Assembly: GCF_006345805.1 (NCBI RefSeq)
Contig: NC_043005.1
Coordinates: 20,336,001-20,400,000 of the forward strand
Length of the DNA stretch: 64,000 nt
Direction of reading: 5' to 3'
From: Octopus sinensis
Taxonomy: Eukaryota
The translations under genes and the position numbers were made by a program. Shown here piece after piece: positions 12,412 to 25,859 of this stretch (position 1 is its first letter; each line of letters starts with the position of its first letter). The notes under the pieces were generated by a model. That model was not told where the DNA came from. It searched no databases and saw only the letters and a program-made list of their open reading frames with translations.

Positions 12412-13905
12412 GTGTTGTCGCAAAAAATTAACCCTAAACTGACAGATTTGTCTCCTAATGTAAGCGTCGAAGCTCGTCATGCCTCACTGTTAACAAAACA
12501 AATTACAAACCGCAATGGTCATCGATCGGATTACAAAAGACCACATACCCGAATATTGAACCAAATTCAGGTTGAAAAATCAGCTACTGGTTCAAATCTT
12601 TCCGATGCACAGGAGCTGGACGTACCCCACAACCGGAATATTCCAACAGATGGCCTTCCATACCCGTCATCAAATAACCAAAAGAAAAAGAATGAAAAGT
12701 GGTCTAGGGAAGATAATAAAGAAGTTCTTACAACCTTCTACCATGCCATATATTTACCCACAGATAAATCTAATACTGTACAAACTTACTTAAACTGGAG
12801 ACAGAAACACCCTGAAGTAAGACCCTACATAGACAGTAACAAACTTGCCAACGTCAGCAAGAAAATGAAACATAATGGTAGTGACAAAAGAAAAGATCCA
12901 TGGTGGAAAAGAAGAATACAGGCAGGGTTAGAAATGTTCTCAAAGGAAATCTCTGTGTTAGATCGAAAAGAGAAAGGGGAGCTTAAAAGCGAACAAAAAT
13001 ACAGGGTGCTGAAAAGGGAGTATAATATTGAAAGAAAGGGCCTGAAAGTAGTAGTGGAGGAACTGAAACAGCACCTTGTTGAAAAAAGCAAAGATGGTAA
13101 GATACGACCAAAGAATGCAGGGTTACCACCCGAATAGGTTATTCAGAGAAAATCAGAAAAGATTCTATAAAGAAATAAATGGAGAGTGTACAGATGAAAA
13201 GTTGATACCAGATAACATTGAAAATCAAAGGTTTTGGAGTGACACATGGAGCAAAGGCAAGGAACACAAGAAAGATGCTGAATGATTGCAAGAACTGAAA
13301 CAAACAGTATTCTGTCCAAAACAGACAGAACTAGTCATTTTAGTTAAGGAAGTGAAGGAAATCAGCAAAAAAATGAGCAACTGGAAGGCCCCAGGACCAG
13401 ATGGAGTTCAAGGCTACTGGATCAAAAGATTTGGTGAATGTCATGCACGAATAGCTGTGCAACTCAACACCTTGTTAAATGCCAACCAAGGAACACCAGA
13501 GTGGTTGACATTAAGTAGGACAGTGCTGTGCCTGAAAAACATCGTAAAAGGCAATACAGTAGACAATTACAGGCCGATATGTGGAAGTTATATGTGGACT
13601 ACTCACAGAGTCAATGTACAAACATCTGGATAAAAATGTAGTCCTGCCACATGAGCAGAAGGGTTGCAAGCATAAGTACAGAGGTACCAAGGATCAACTC
13701 CTGATAGACAAAACTGTACTTAGAGAATGCAAGAGGAGGAAAAGTAACTTAGCCATGTCATAGATCGACTATTGTAAGGCATATAATATGATCCCACATT
13801 CTTGGATTATGGAGTGTATGAACCTATTTGGTATTGCATTGAATGTTGAGCAATTACTTGGAAAAAGTATGGCGAATTGGAGGATGGACCTGACAGCATT
13901 CTGAA
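12412..13905 (+). mobile_element. R4/Dong-clade non-LTR retrotransposon fragment (N-terminus and RT start, frameshifted)
   Basis: NWKAPGPDGVQGYWIK, NYRPI, EQKGC...[23 protein letters not shown]; flanked by (TAA)n/(TTA)n tracts. Confidence 0.85.
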
Positions 13906-13911
13906 GAAGTT

Positions 13912-14548
13912 TATTATTATTATTATTATTGAGTGAGAGAGCAGTGCATGCCATCAAAGTAACACTGGGATAAAATATACAAAGCCCAGTATACCTATCA
14001 TGACAATCCTTCAGATAAGGGTACACTAGGCACATGCATCACAACCATATGTGCATGACATGGTGATCTCATATCAAGATAAATAGCACATGATCTTGCA
14101 GGTGGAGCCCAGTTAGAATTTTCTTCTGGCTGAGTAACCCATCCCGCTCAAAAGGTCCCTGAATAAGGGTTGTTTAAGGATGTTGAACGAAACACCCATG
14201 TTTCCAGAGGTGAATTATTCAAACTCCAAAGAATTCCTCTCAACACATGGCTATGATGCTCCCCCACTACTTCTGCTCGTGATCAGAGATGCACATGTCG
14301 TCAGCCACTAAGGGACATGCTCAACTGGTTAAGGTCAAACAACTGACAAGCAAATCTGTGATATTGAGCAGAATATTTGCTGTAGCCCATCTTTTATACC
14401 AAGACAAAACAATGTACATGATAGCACTGCTAATCAGTTAAGATCAGAAGCCACAAGAGCCATTGCCTGGTACAGCATCAGGGCATGACTACGAGAGCTA
14501 CTGCCTGGTACTGCATCAGGGCATTATTATTATTATTATTATTATTAT
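13912..14548. repeat. Unclassified interspersed repeat bounded by (TTA)n tracts
   Basis: Interrupts the R4-like RT abruptly; TTA runs at both ends; short internal duplication at about 14455-14524. Confidence 0.45.
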
Positions 14549-15158
14549 ATAGATGTAGATATTTTTAGAATATTAGATAATCATGCAGAAGCATCATGTA
14601 ATTGAAATTTTGATTAAGATACTAGAAAGTTATCTGGTGCATTATTTTTAAACGATCAATTTATTATAAAAATATGATCCATTCACAAAATAATTTGTCA
14701 GCCTAAGACACCTTTTCAAAATGACTGTGAATTGTAGTATACCATGATACACACACACAAAAGCTTGCCTGCATGTTTTGGCTGTAGATCATCCGTTTAT
14801 ATACCCTTCTCCTGATGCTCTGCTTTTGTGTAAGATTGATTGACTATAACAACGCTGGACATGTTGCTTGACCATCTGTCTAAGGGTGTCTTGATCCTAC
14901 AAATGTAAACCATCAGAGGAAGGATGTACAAATGAATTACTACAACTTTTATGTTGAGACAAGGTTTTAAGTGGGTCCCAAGATGTTCAACAACTAACAG
15001 GAACTCTAAGTAGGGTGTCATGTTGTTGATCAATTATTTGTTTATTCTAAATTGTCCATTTAAAGAATTACAGCAATGTTTTTGCTTATTTAAAATGTGT
15101 CTGTTTATCAGTGTGTGTATAACATATATATTTTTTTTCTTTTTTTTTTTTCTTTCAG

Positions 15159-15392
15159 CCAATGAAAAATTTATTATATTTAAAAGAGGTAGTATACAAG
15201 GATATGACAATCTTGGACACCATAAAGATATAAGTTTACAGAAGTGTAAACGAACTTGTCGGAAACATCCACAATGTAATTCATTTGAATATAAGGAAGA
15301 AACAAAGTTATGTGATTTGAGCAACGTCACTCACCTGACTAACGACATTAAACCCAACAGATGGGGCTGGGATATTTACATCCTTAATCCAG
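15159..15392 (+). CDS. PAN-PAN-Sushi-GON protein, exon 4 (PAN/Apple domain 2)
   Basis: Long poly-T tract then ttcag|. Translation NEKFIIFKRGSIQGYDN...SLQKCKRTCRKHPQCNSFEYKEETKLCDLS...WDIY. Donor CCAG|gtttgt, phase 1-1. Confidence 0.88.
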
Positions 15393-15426
15393 GTTTGTAG
15401 AATGTTTCTATTTTAATGTTTATATC

Positions 15427-15462
<36 letters not shown>

Positions 15463-15826
15463 TGCACACGCATGTGTGAGTGAGTGTGGATGTGTGTGTA
15501 TGTTTGTGTATTTATATATATAGATATGTATGTGTGTGTGTGTGCAATTATATGTGTTTTTATTTTATAGGGCCTTCATGGTCAAGGTTGACTATTCATC
15601 TGCACATTCTTTCTTTTATCCTTTCTTTTACTTGTTTCAGTCATCTGACTATGGCCATGCTGGAGCACTGCCTCGAAGGGTTTTAGTGGAACAAATCAAC
15701 CCCAGGACTTTTTTTAAACCTAGTACTTAATCTATTGGTCTCTTTTGCCTATCTGCTGAATTATGTGGACATGAACACACAAACAATGGTTGTCAAGTGG
15801 GGATGGGGAGACAAACATAATCACAA

Positions 15827-15876
<50 letters not shown>

Positions 15877-16676
15877 CATTCTTTTACCTGTTTCAGTCAT
15901 TTTGACTGCAGCCATGCTGGAGCACCACCTTAGTTAAGTTGGCGCATACAACACAGTTACACAATCCACTGCCCCCAGTCATATATATATATACATACAT
16001 ACATACATACATACATACATACATACATACATACATACATGCATACATACATACATACATACATACATACATACCATACATACATACAAACAAACGTACA
16101 TACGTACATACATGCATACATACATATACGATAGACTTCTTTCAGTTTCTGTGTCTACCAAATCCACTCACAAGGCTTTGTTTGACCTGAGGCTATAGTA
16201 AAAGATACTTGCCCAAGGTGCCATGCAGTGGGACCGAACTCAGAACCATGTAGTTGGGATGCAAGCTTCTTACCACACAACCACACCTATGCACAAGTCT
16301 AGGCAAAATTTTATGAAGACTGATAGTTTATTATGCATGTAAGTTTCTCATTCCCATGTTACTGATGTTTATCCAAGAGAAAGGATGCCAATGCCGGCCA
16401 AAGCAGGCCAAAGCAGGCCAAAGCAGGCCAATGCAGCCCAGTGACGTCAATGTCATTACAGGCATTGCTATCAGAATGCTAAATACTGCTGGAACAGATG
16501 CTACAAGGCACATTGCCTGACCCTGTATCCATTCTGCCAATCCACTACTCAGGAAAAATGAAAGACAAATTGATCTGGGTGGATGGGATTTGAACTCTGA
16601 AAGTAGATAGTTGAAACAAATACACAAGGTATATTATCCAATAATCTGACAGCTCTTCTAATTCACTCTCTTATGT

Positions 16677-16723
<47 letters not shown>

Positions 16724-17304
16724 TGTGTGTGTTATATAAAACATTTAGAAGACAGAAAAAGACAACATAATCTGAGCTCTGTTCTCACTCTCTTTTTGTC
16801 CTACATTGCACATTTATTCTTTCATTGGTTCCAATGATTGTCTAGCATCTATGTTCAGCCCTGCCCCCATCGAAAAAATACAGGATTCCATTCCTTAAAA
16901 AAAAAGGCCCTGTCTAGTTCAAAGGAAAAGTGTAGATAGACATTCCATATGGTATACTCAGTGCAAACTATGGACACACAAGAGATGAAATGGGACTGCA
17001 AGAAAGTTTACAGTCATCTTGGTTTGAGATTATATATATATAGATAGGTATATATATGCATGTGTGTATGTCTTTGTGACTGTATTTGTCCCTCACAGCC
17101 ACTTGACAACTAATGTTGGTGTGTTTATATCCCTGTAACTCAGTGGTTCAGTAAAAGAGATTGATAGAATAAGTACCAGGCCTAAAATAAAAGCTCTGGT
17201 GTTGATTCATTTGACTAAAATTCTTCAAGGCAGTGCTGGGGCACTGCCTTGAATGACTGAAACAAGTTATAGGTAACAAGGTAAAAAGTATCAAACCAAG
17301 AAAG

Positions 17305-17900
17305 TTATATGTTTAACTCACTCTACGGTATCAACATATCAACTAGTACCACTGGATGTTTCTTCTCTCTTTTAATAAAACACTTCCCCAGTCAGCACAG
17401 ATACCACAAACTATTCAATAAGAATTTGGTCAAGGTTAGCTACAACTGCCTTGTCAATATAGGGTTACAAATACTAAACCACTATAAGAGAAATATATAT
17501 ACTAACAATTTAAGGCTGACCCAACAAGATTGTAATTTTAGAAACCAATCATAATGCCCACTACTTAATAAGTTCAAAATAATGAAGACACTGTAAAATT
17601 GTATTTAGACTTCACAGAAAACACTTTTAAGCCTGTTTTACGCAATCCAAAACAGTTGTTGAAGGAATTCTACATCGTTGTCTAAATACACCTGACACCT
17701 AAAGGACAAGGGTATAAACAATCCTACAATCAAGTGGAGTAATTTAGCTAAGGAAGTGCCTATGATGGATGGGGTACAAGATATAATTTATGTGTAGCTG
17801 AAGAACTGCACAGCCTGTCTACAATCATATCCTAAACTAAAAAGAGGAAACACTTGTCCCCTAACTTAATGTGAAGAAATTTAGTTTCCATTATTTAAAC
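17305..17900 (+). mobile_element. Penelope-like element remnant (RT-thumb linker and GIY-YIG endonuclease)
   Basis: FF.LLIKHFP..HRYHKLFNKN.VKVSY.C, then TENTFK, STSLSKY.*HLKDKG...IKWS, NLCVAEEL. Confidence 0.8.
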
Positions 17901-18471
17901 ATATTCCTCTCCCAAGCGAATTCCATCTGCAAACAGCATAGCAGTAATCCTGAATGCAGATTTCTACTCACAGGGCCTCCTGGTTTCATCCCTCACTGTC
18001 ATTGCAATTGTAATTGTCTCCCTGCTCCCTTTTTTCAATGACTTCATTATTGTCCCTATTGCCACAATGAGAACTGCTGTAAGTAACAGTACATATACTC
18101 TTCACATAGCTGATTTTAGATCCAAACCCTTTCAACAATACTACTATATCTGCCATCTATCCCTCTTTATTCATACTTTATCTGTTGGTTACCTGTATCA
18201 CTACTTATGTTTAATACCTTGATTATCTTTGCTGTCATCTGATATTGCACTCTTATATAATCCAAACCCCTTCATTTGCTCTAAATGGTATACTTCAAAC
18301 ACCTGTTTCCTCTCCTTTTTCTATTTCCTTTTGTATATATCTAAATGTCTTTATGTGTATATGTTCATTTTTTCAGTTTGCTTCACTCAGTATATTTCTT
18401 TCTAAATCTCTCATTATCTTTGCATTCTCACTTTCCTCCTGACACACTTTCAACATTGGTATCAATTTCAG

Positions 18472-18642
18472 GTTACCAGAAGATTGACTGTGGAACTCCA
18501 AAAGATGTTGCTGGTGCATTGAAGGTCTACACGAACACTACTTATGAATTTCAAGTGACATATATTTGCCCAATGGGAGAAAAACTTACATCAACATGTG
18601 AAATGAACAATGAATGGACTGTAGTTGTGCCTACTTGTAAAG
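18472..18642 (+). CDS. PAN-PAN-Sushi-GON protein, exon 5 (Sushi/CCP domain)
   Basis: Acceptor atttcag|. Translation IDCGTPKDVAGA...VTYICPMGEKLTSTCEMNNEWTVVVPTCK has the 4 Cys plus Trp of a CCP module. Donor AAAG|gtaaca, phase 1-1. Confidence 0.85.
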
Positions 18643-21078
18643 GTAACATGGATTCTCTCTTGTTGCCCCTATCAATGTACTTTTGTTTTATCATTATGTT
18701 AAATGTCTAAGAGGAAGAACAGTGGTGTCTATGACCGTTTTTACTGTTTGTGGCTAATAGGAAGGGGAGAGGAAGTTGTCCCCAAACTAGAAACTCCCCT
18801 AAATGCTTGCAACACAATGGATTCCATTAATTCTATCCAAGGGTCAGGCAACAACACCAAATTGGGCAATGGATTGTCTGTAATTCAAAAGCTGGAAGGG
18901 TGGAATCATATTTCCTTTAACAGGATTCAACACAGTTTTCATTTAACAAATCTTATCCCTAAGATTTAGTATAGAAGCAAATTTTTAACCACACAGTGAA
19001 AACTGCAGCCAATTCAAGTACTTTTTTGATATTTTCAAGTTCATTTGTATGTTTATTTCCATTTTAACACTAGACCTCCTATTCTCCTGGTAACATTTTT
19101 CTATATGTAGGAAGCTCTATTAATTGTCATCATAACCTATTATGGCATCTATAAACCACTTTTTGGTGGGACATCTTTCACTTTCATCTTTGCTAGTTTT
19201 TTTCCCTTTAAGAAAGAAATTGACAAAAATTCCTCTGTCTTTATAGTACTGATATACATCAATTTCTCTGAAAGGCTTGTTACAAGAAGCAAAAGTTTTT
19301 TTGGACCCCAAATGGTTCTCAGATGTTTTCCTACCTATCCATGCATTAAGTTTATAGAACAGCTAAATTTCATTTTGATGCATCAGAAATTCGCAGTGCA
19401 TTTGTTAACATTATTCCACACTCTGTATTAAGAAAAAAATTGCATTGTCTTCTCATTTATAATATTACAAGTCCATCTAAATAATTCACCATTTACCACC
19501 ACAAGTGAAACTGCTTGAGGTAGCAATGTGACATTGTTACACTTCTGATATTGAGGAGGATAATAATTTTTTACTTTGATACAAGGGTACAGATTTGTTG
19601 AGATGTGGGCAATTATTGACTGATACCAATCCCAAAATATATTACTGATATCTATTTAAAACAACCTTGATAATCTAAAAGGCAAAGTTATTCTAAAGAG
19701 AAATTTAACTCAAAATATAAAGGGTCATAACAACATAGAAAAGAATATTTAATTTTAGGCCCTAATATTTCTGCCACTCTGCCAGAAATACATTAATAAT
19801 ATATTAATAGCATTAATAATTAGCCAAAATAGCATATCTCTGAATAGGAACTTCACTCAAAATTTCAGCATTTTCATTTTTTCAGAGCATACCAATGTAT
19901 CCAAATTTAATAACTATACATTTATTTTGTGATGATATTTTACTTCCTTATCTATGTCCAAAAGAAGGTTGTTCTATTGACTGACAATGGTTCACCCAAC
20001 AATACAGTTTAATCCTCATATATATCACAGATGTGCTGTTTCTACTCTTTTTCCATACTATCTCTACTACACTGTCTACACCTATGAATTATCCACCAGC
20101 AGCATATTCTCTTCAGCCAAGAGACCTTGACTGAGTTGTCTTCTCTCCTCCTATCAGTCTTATTGTGTCTTGCCTCTCACAACCCTTGCTACAAACTTAC
20201 CCAATCCTTCCTCATCAAAACTGCATATCTTTAACATTCTTCCTCCAGCCCTCCACATTTTTCCATAGACATCAACCTACAGATGTTCGAGTTAAATATA
20301 ACTGTATCACTCCAATTGCACTCCAGTTCTGACTAATCTTCCTCCTTCTCACTACCATCATATTTTTATGCCCACGGCTGATATTGACTTGGGTTGGATA
20401 GCTTATTATGGTTCAAATCAGTCCTTATCAAAATTATTGCTCTACTTGCCATGTAGGAATACTATGTCTCTCTTGCATGTTCTCTTTATGGCAGTGCTTT
20501 TCTATATTTATTATTTGTTTTTTTTTAATATGTTCAAAGAAAAACGAACTTTAGAAGTAGGATTAATAGTAAAATGTTTCTGTCTCCAAATTTCAGTGAA
20601 GTCAAGTTTGTTTTATACCCAACTCTGATTCAGATAAAGTGGGTACTAGATATATACTCTGTTCAATACAGTCAATAATACCCTTCTCTAAAAATGCTTG
20701 TGGCTTTGTACTGAAGCAAAAAACATCTTTTTAAAATGGGGAATACAGTGGAATGGAACACAGTTGAAGATGGAACTAGATGCCTCGCACTATTTCATTT
20801 CACCTCCCTACAATATGGGTTTAAATACCACAAGTGTAAGTTTTAGATTTAATCCCTTTGGAGTTGATAAAAACAACTGATATCAGTAGCTATCAAGAAA
20901 ATTTTGAAAATGCTACATGTCCCACCCTTCATGTATCCACCTCTCTATTGCCTTCCAAGGCATTGTCAACTCAATAATCAGGAATATCATACTATTGCAA
21001 AATAAAACAAAAGGGAATAAAATGGTGTATGTGTGTTTTAAATGTCTTTTTAAAATTTTCATTATCATTATTTTACAG

Positions 21079-21350
21079 AACCTACTTCATGCAAAGACAT
21101 AAAAATGTGTGGTAGGGATGCAACTGATGGGGAATACTGGATTTACCCCTCTGTCCTTAACCATAGAAGATTAAAGGTTTATTGTCATGACATGGAAACA
21201 GATAAGCCAAAAGAATTTATCACCTTACCACATGAAAATTTTGCATATGTACCAGCTTTGAAACCATTCCATTTATGCATAAACCGCTTTGATGAAACAA
21301 TTAGCAAACCAGGGAAAACTATTTTTAAGAAAGTTCGAATTTATCCAGAG
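21079..21350 (+). CDS. PAN-PAN-Sushi-GON protein, exon 6 (GON domain N-terminal part)
   Basis: Acceptor ttttacag|. Translation PTSCKDIKMC...DGEYWIY...KVYCHDM...PKEFITL..ENFA...GKTIFKKVRI resembles the ADAMTS9/20 GON domain. Donor GAG|gtaaat, phase 0. Confidence 0.9.
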
Positions 21351-22376
21351 GTAAATGTTTCATTGCTTAATTTTCATGACGTTTCCTATAAAAATGAAAA
21401 ATTAGTGATTTGTTGATCTGGAAATTTTTGATTCAGCACAATTTTAACCAAGAAAACTAACTGGCATACTCCTGTGTTTTTTTAAAATTTCAGAAGGAGA
21501 AAAGAATAATCACTAGAATTGGTACACTAAAAATTGCCTGTATTGGCAAATCCTCCTTTAGAATCCATTAAAAGTATAATGCCACAAATTTAGCAAGCTA
21601 TGTATAGCAATTAAGAGAGAATGTCATATAACATAAACTGGTGGCTGCTGAAATGATATAGAACTTTTCTTGATAGTTGTAGGAGATGCAGGCTCTGCTT
21701 ACTGGAGAAGAAAATCATTCTAAAAATTTCATACAATCCTGGACTCAAAAAGTGAAATTTTTGGATGCTGTCCATATGCATGCAAATTTGTTTTGAAAAT
21801 GGGGCCATGTCCCTTTTTGAACTAGAGGATAATACACAAACTGTCTACACTCATGGCTAACACTAACCCATGTGAATTCTGTTTTTGTTCAAATATTTTT
21901 CACTAAATTTCATTTCACCCTTTTGCTACCATCAAATCAACCTAGAGTTTATGAACCTGCAGCACTAAAAAGGCTTTTTCTTCTTCCCCCCTCCTCCTCC
22001 TCTGCCACCACCTCCTCCTTCTCTTCTGTATCCTTCCTCTTGATTCACCCCCCTCTAAATAATCTCTACCCCACTTACTCATCCTATAACCACTCTTTTG
22101 CTTATTTATTTTTTTCCTCCCAATATAAGCCAAAAAACAGGGCCTGGAAGATGCACAACATAACAGCACACCTTTGATGCAAGTCTGATGAAGTGACTCT
22201 CTAATGTCTAAAATTGCAAACATTTCAGAAATTTTCCCTTTGTATTTTTGCATAAACTGGTGTTGCAAGTATAGTTGGTACAGAAACAACTGTAATGAAT
22301 CCTTAAACATGTGTTAAAGAATTTTCTTTGGCTTTTTCTCATTAACTGTATATATACACATATATACATATGCACG

Positions 22377-22512
<136 letters not shown>

Positions 22513-22640
22513 TACATCATCATCATCATTTAACTTCTGTTTTCCATGCTAAACATGGGTTGGATATGTATACAAATACACACAAGTGAATAAACTGGCT
22601 AATAATGTAATTTTTTTTTTCTTTATTATTCTGTCCACAG

Positions 22641-22817
22641 GAAATGGTTCTCGACAGATTTGATTTTACATTCACAGAACTTGAAAAAGGCAAAGGAAAA
22701 AACAAACGAGGTTTCGGTGCTGCTGAAGATTGCTTGTATGGTAAATCAAGTTACTGCAAAAGTCAAGGTGCAATGAAGGTTGATCTAACACACACTGGTC
22801 TCATCATTGGGGATTCG
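22641..22817 (+). CDS. PAN-PAN-Sushi-GON protein, exon 7 (GON domain middle)
   Basis: Acceptor ccacag|. Translation EMVLDRFDFTF...FGAAEDCLYGKSSYCKSQGAMKVDLTHTGLIIGDS (GON DFTF, A.DC and G...VDL..TGL motifs). Donor TCG|gtatga. At 59 codons it is absent from the ORF track. Confidence 0.9.
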
Positions 22818-23241
22818 GTATGATTTATTTACTCATTTTATTATTGTTGGAACCATAAGTTCAAATTTTACAAGGATTTCTATTAAATTTGATTCAGTCA
22901 TAAATATGGATAGTGATTACACTCTCCCAAATGTATAAACAGTTTAAAAGAAACTGGGTATGTTGCTTGGGAAGCTGTCTGTGCAATATGTCAATGTGTG
23001 TACCTGAAGATCTGTAACTGTTGCCACAGTTATATTTTGATTAACTCTAGATATTTGAAAAAAGTTTGAGGTGGGCATTCACATGCTCTCTCAGATGATT
23101 AAGGCTGATGCGCTAACATTTAACCTATATATCTTTGGGTGAAACATGTGCTGGTTTGATAACCGGAGCCCTGATTCAAATGCTCACAGCAGAGGGAATT
23201 CTTCTGAAGGTACCCAAAGTTAGGTGGTAATATTGAACCAT

Positions 23242-23390
23242 TGAATCGAGGTCGACTTTACTTTTCATCCTTTTGGGGTCGATAAATTAAGTACCAGTTA
23301 CGCACTGGGGTCGATGTAATCGACTTAATACCTATGTCTGTCCTTGTTTGTCCCCTCTATGTTCAGCCCCTTGTGGGTAGTAAAGAAATA
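23242..23390 (+). mobile_element. SINE family C, 5'-truncated young copy
   Basis: 16-bp TSD ggtaatattgaaccat (23226-41 and 23391-406). Confidence 0.85.
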
Positions 23391-25136
23391 GGTAATATTG
23401 AACCATGCCATGTACACACACAGACAGACACACAGACAGACACACACACACACACACACACACATACACACACATTGATATAAGCAGGTGCTAAATAGGA
23501 TGCTAAGAAGCTAGCTTCCCCAAATGCTTAAATGGACTGGGTTTAACTGATGAGGCAACAGAAATTTCTGAAACTGATGTCAGTATTAAGAACTCTTGAT
23601 CACCACCTTTTGGACAACTCAGGTCCCTGAGTTTTCATTCATTCCCATTAACAACAGTATTAGAGCATTTTAGCTCTTATATCTAGCAATGTAGGTGTCT
23701 CTTAACACCCTAGTTACATTTAGTGACAATTATATATATATATATATATCTACATACATACACACATATGTATGTATGCATGTATGTATGTATTTCCCTT
23801 TTCTCCCCTCCCACCGCACCTTTTCCTCAACTAAAGGCTTCCATGATATGCTCAACCAGCAACTATCACTACCACCTCTGCCACATGCATATATAGGTAT
23901 GTTATTTGAATATGTATGTATGTGTATATATGTTTGCATATGTATGTCAGGTCACTTTTAGTGCTACCGATAACATGTAACTCAGTACAACTTGTTAGCT
24001 GGTTGGGTTGCTAAGAGACTAAAGTGGCACCCCTACCAAGCCTGCTTAGTAAGGTGGGTGGTCTTTTTGTTTGTCAGCCTGCAGAATGAAAATTAAAACC
24101 TGTTAAAGGGCAGATAGACTCAGTAAAATAAATGGCCATCCAATAGTTAAGTATGAGAGACCTCAGTTTATGTTTAGACTGTCTCTAGGAGAAAGAAAAC
24201 TGATGTAACACCTAAAACTTTATTTGCATTCAATTTTGTAGACTAGTTCTTCCATTTGGGAAAATGCATTCGTTGTTCAGAGTGGAACTGGCTGAGTGCA
24301 ATGCCTTTCCTCACTTCAAGGCTTGCTTGATTTTTAACATCTCCATTATTCATTGTATAGTATGGCTGGCTTTAGTCAAAATCAGAAAAACACTCAATGA
24401 AAGATTACAATAATTTACAGACTAATGGTAATAAGGTCTCTAGAACAGATAGTAAAAGGGTTTGGCTTTGCAGATGTCCAAGGACACCACAGTCAAAAGT
24501 CAAAATGTCTGACCTACAATGAGCACTATATAGTGACAACCTGAATGGTTGAGCTATAGAGGAGAACAAAAAAGGAAGCAACATTTTTAAAAATAGATAT
24601 AAGCTAGCTAACCACTTAGTTTCAGACCAGTTGCAGTGGAATTGTGTTAGTGGCCAAGTTGCAGAGCATGAAATGAAAATATCAATTTCATCAATTCCAC
24701 ACAATAAAGTTAACAGTTTTAGGGTGTTTTTGAAATACTAAAATAAGTCTTTTATGCTTTAGTTAATTTGGTTTTAACACAAAGTCTCAGATAAAAACAT
24801 TTGCCGGACAAGTACAACTCTGGAATTATTTTTGATGTTTCAACCCTATTTTTCCTGTTCCCTGTTTAAAGTGGTTGCTGTCTTGGACCAAATGCTTTTA
24901 GAGATGGGTGTTCTTTCTTTTATAAACTGGAGTAACTAGAGGTATAAGCCTTGCTCAGAGACTCAAACACAATGGCTATAAAGGTAGCAAGATTTGATTT
25001 TGTGATCTCCTGATTTGTCATTGAATAAATTTACTTCACAGATATTGTGATTCTTATCTATCTTGTTTCTCAGAATGTGAATAATGCGATTATTATAACT
25101 TTGTGTCAATCCCATCTACTATTTTCCTAATTTTAG

Positions 25137-25281
25137 CTTAAATGGGTGACATATGGTGATGACTCACGGATTAGTGATTTGGTATATTCTAAAAATAAGA
25201 AAGTAGTAACAGCTACATGTGGAGGAAAATGTGGTGGATGTAAACCTAAAGGCAAGTTTACAGTGCAACTTGGTCCAGTTG
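25137..25281 (+). CDS. PAN-PAN-Sushi-GON protein, exon 8 (GON domain C-terminal part)
   Basis: Acceptor ttttag|. Translation LKWVTYGDDSRI...TATCGGKCGGCKPKGKFTVQLGPV contains the CGGxCGxCxP GON signature. Donor GTTG|gtaagt, phase 1. Confidence 0.9.
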
Positions 25282-25728
25282 GTAAGTGAAATAATTTCTA
25301 ATCTATATTTGTTTTTATATCACACATTAACCTCACTAACCTCTATGTCAGAGCCAGATTAAAGCCAACTGACACCCTTAGCACTACTGGACATTAACAC
25401 TCCTTTAATTATTCTCTGACCATTTCCATAGGCCAGGGCCTATAATTGTATTAAATATACTCTGTTTTTGAATTTTATTTAATACAAACAATTTATTTAC
25501 TTATAGCAGGAGCAACAGGAAAAAAGGCAAATTTTTGACACATTTTCATAAACTCTTCAAATGTAATTTATAATTTGTGGGTGTGTAGTAAGAAATGTTC
25601 TTCCCAACCACATGGTTCTGGTTCCAGTCCCACTACAGGCACCTTGCACAAGTGTCTTCTACTGTTGCCCTGGGCTGACCAAAGCCTTGTGAATGGGTAT
25701 GGTTGATGAAAACTGTGAGAAGCCTGTA

Positions 25729-25729
<1 letters not shown>

Positions 25730-25759
<30 letters not shown>

Positions 25760-25829
25760 TGTATGTATGTATGTATGTATGTATGTATGTATGTATGTAT
25801 GTATGTATGTATGTATGTATGTATGTATG
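25730..25829. repeat. (TATG)n microsatellite
   Basis: Directly visible. Confidence 0.95.
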
Positions 25830-25859
25830 CCTGTATGCATGCATGCATGCATGTTTGTA

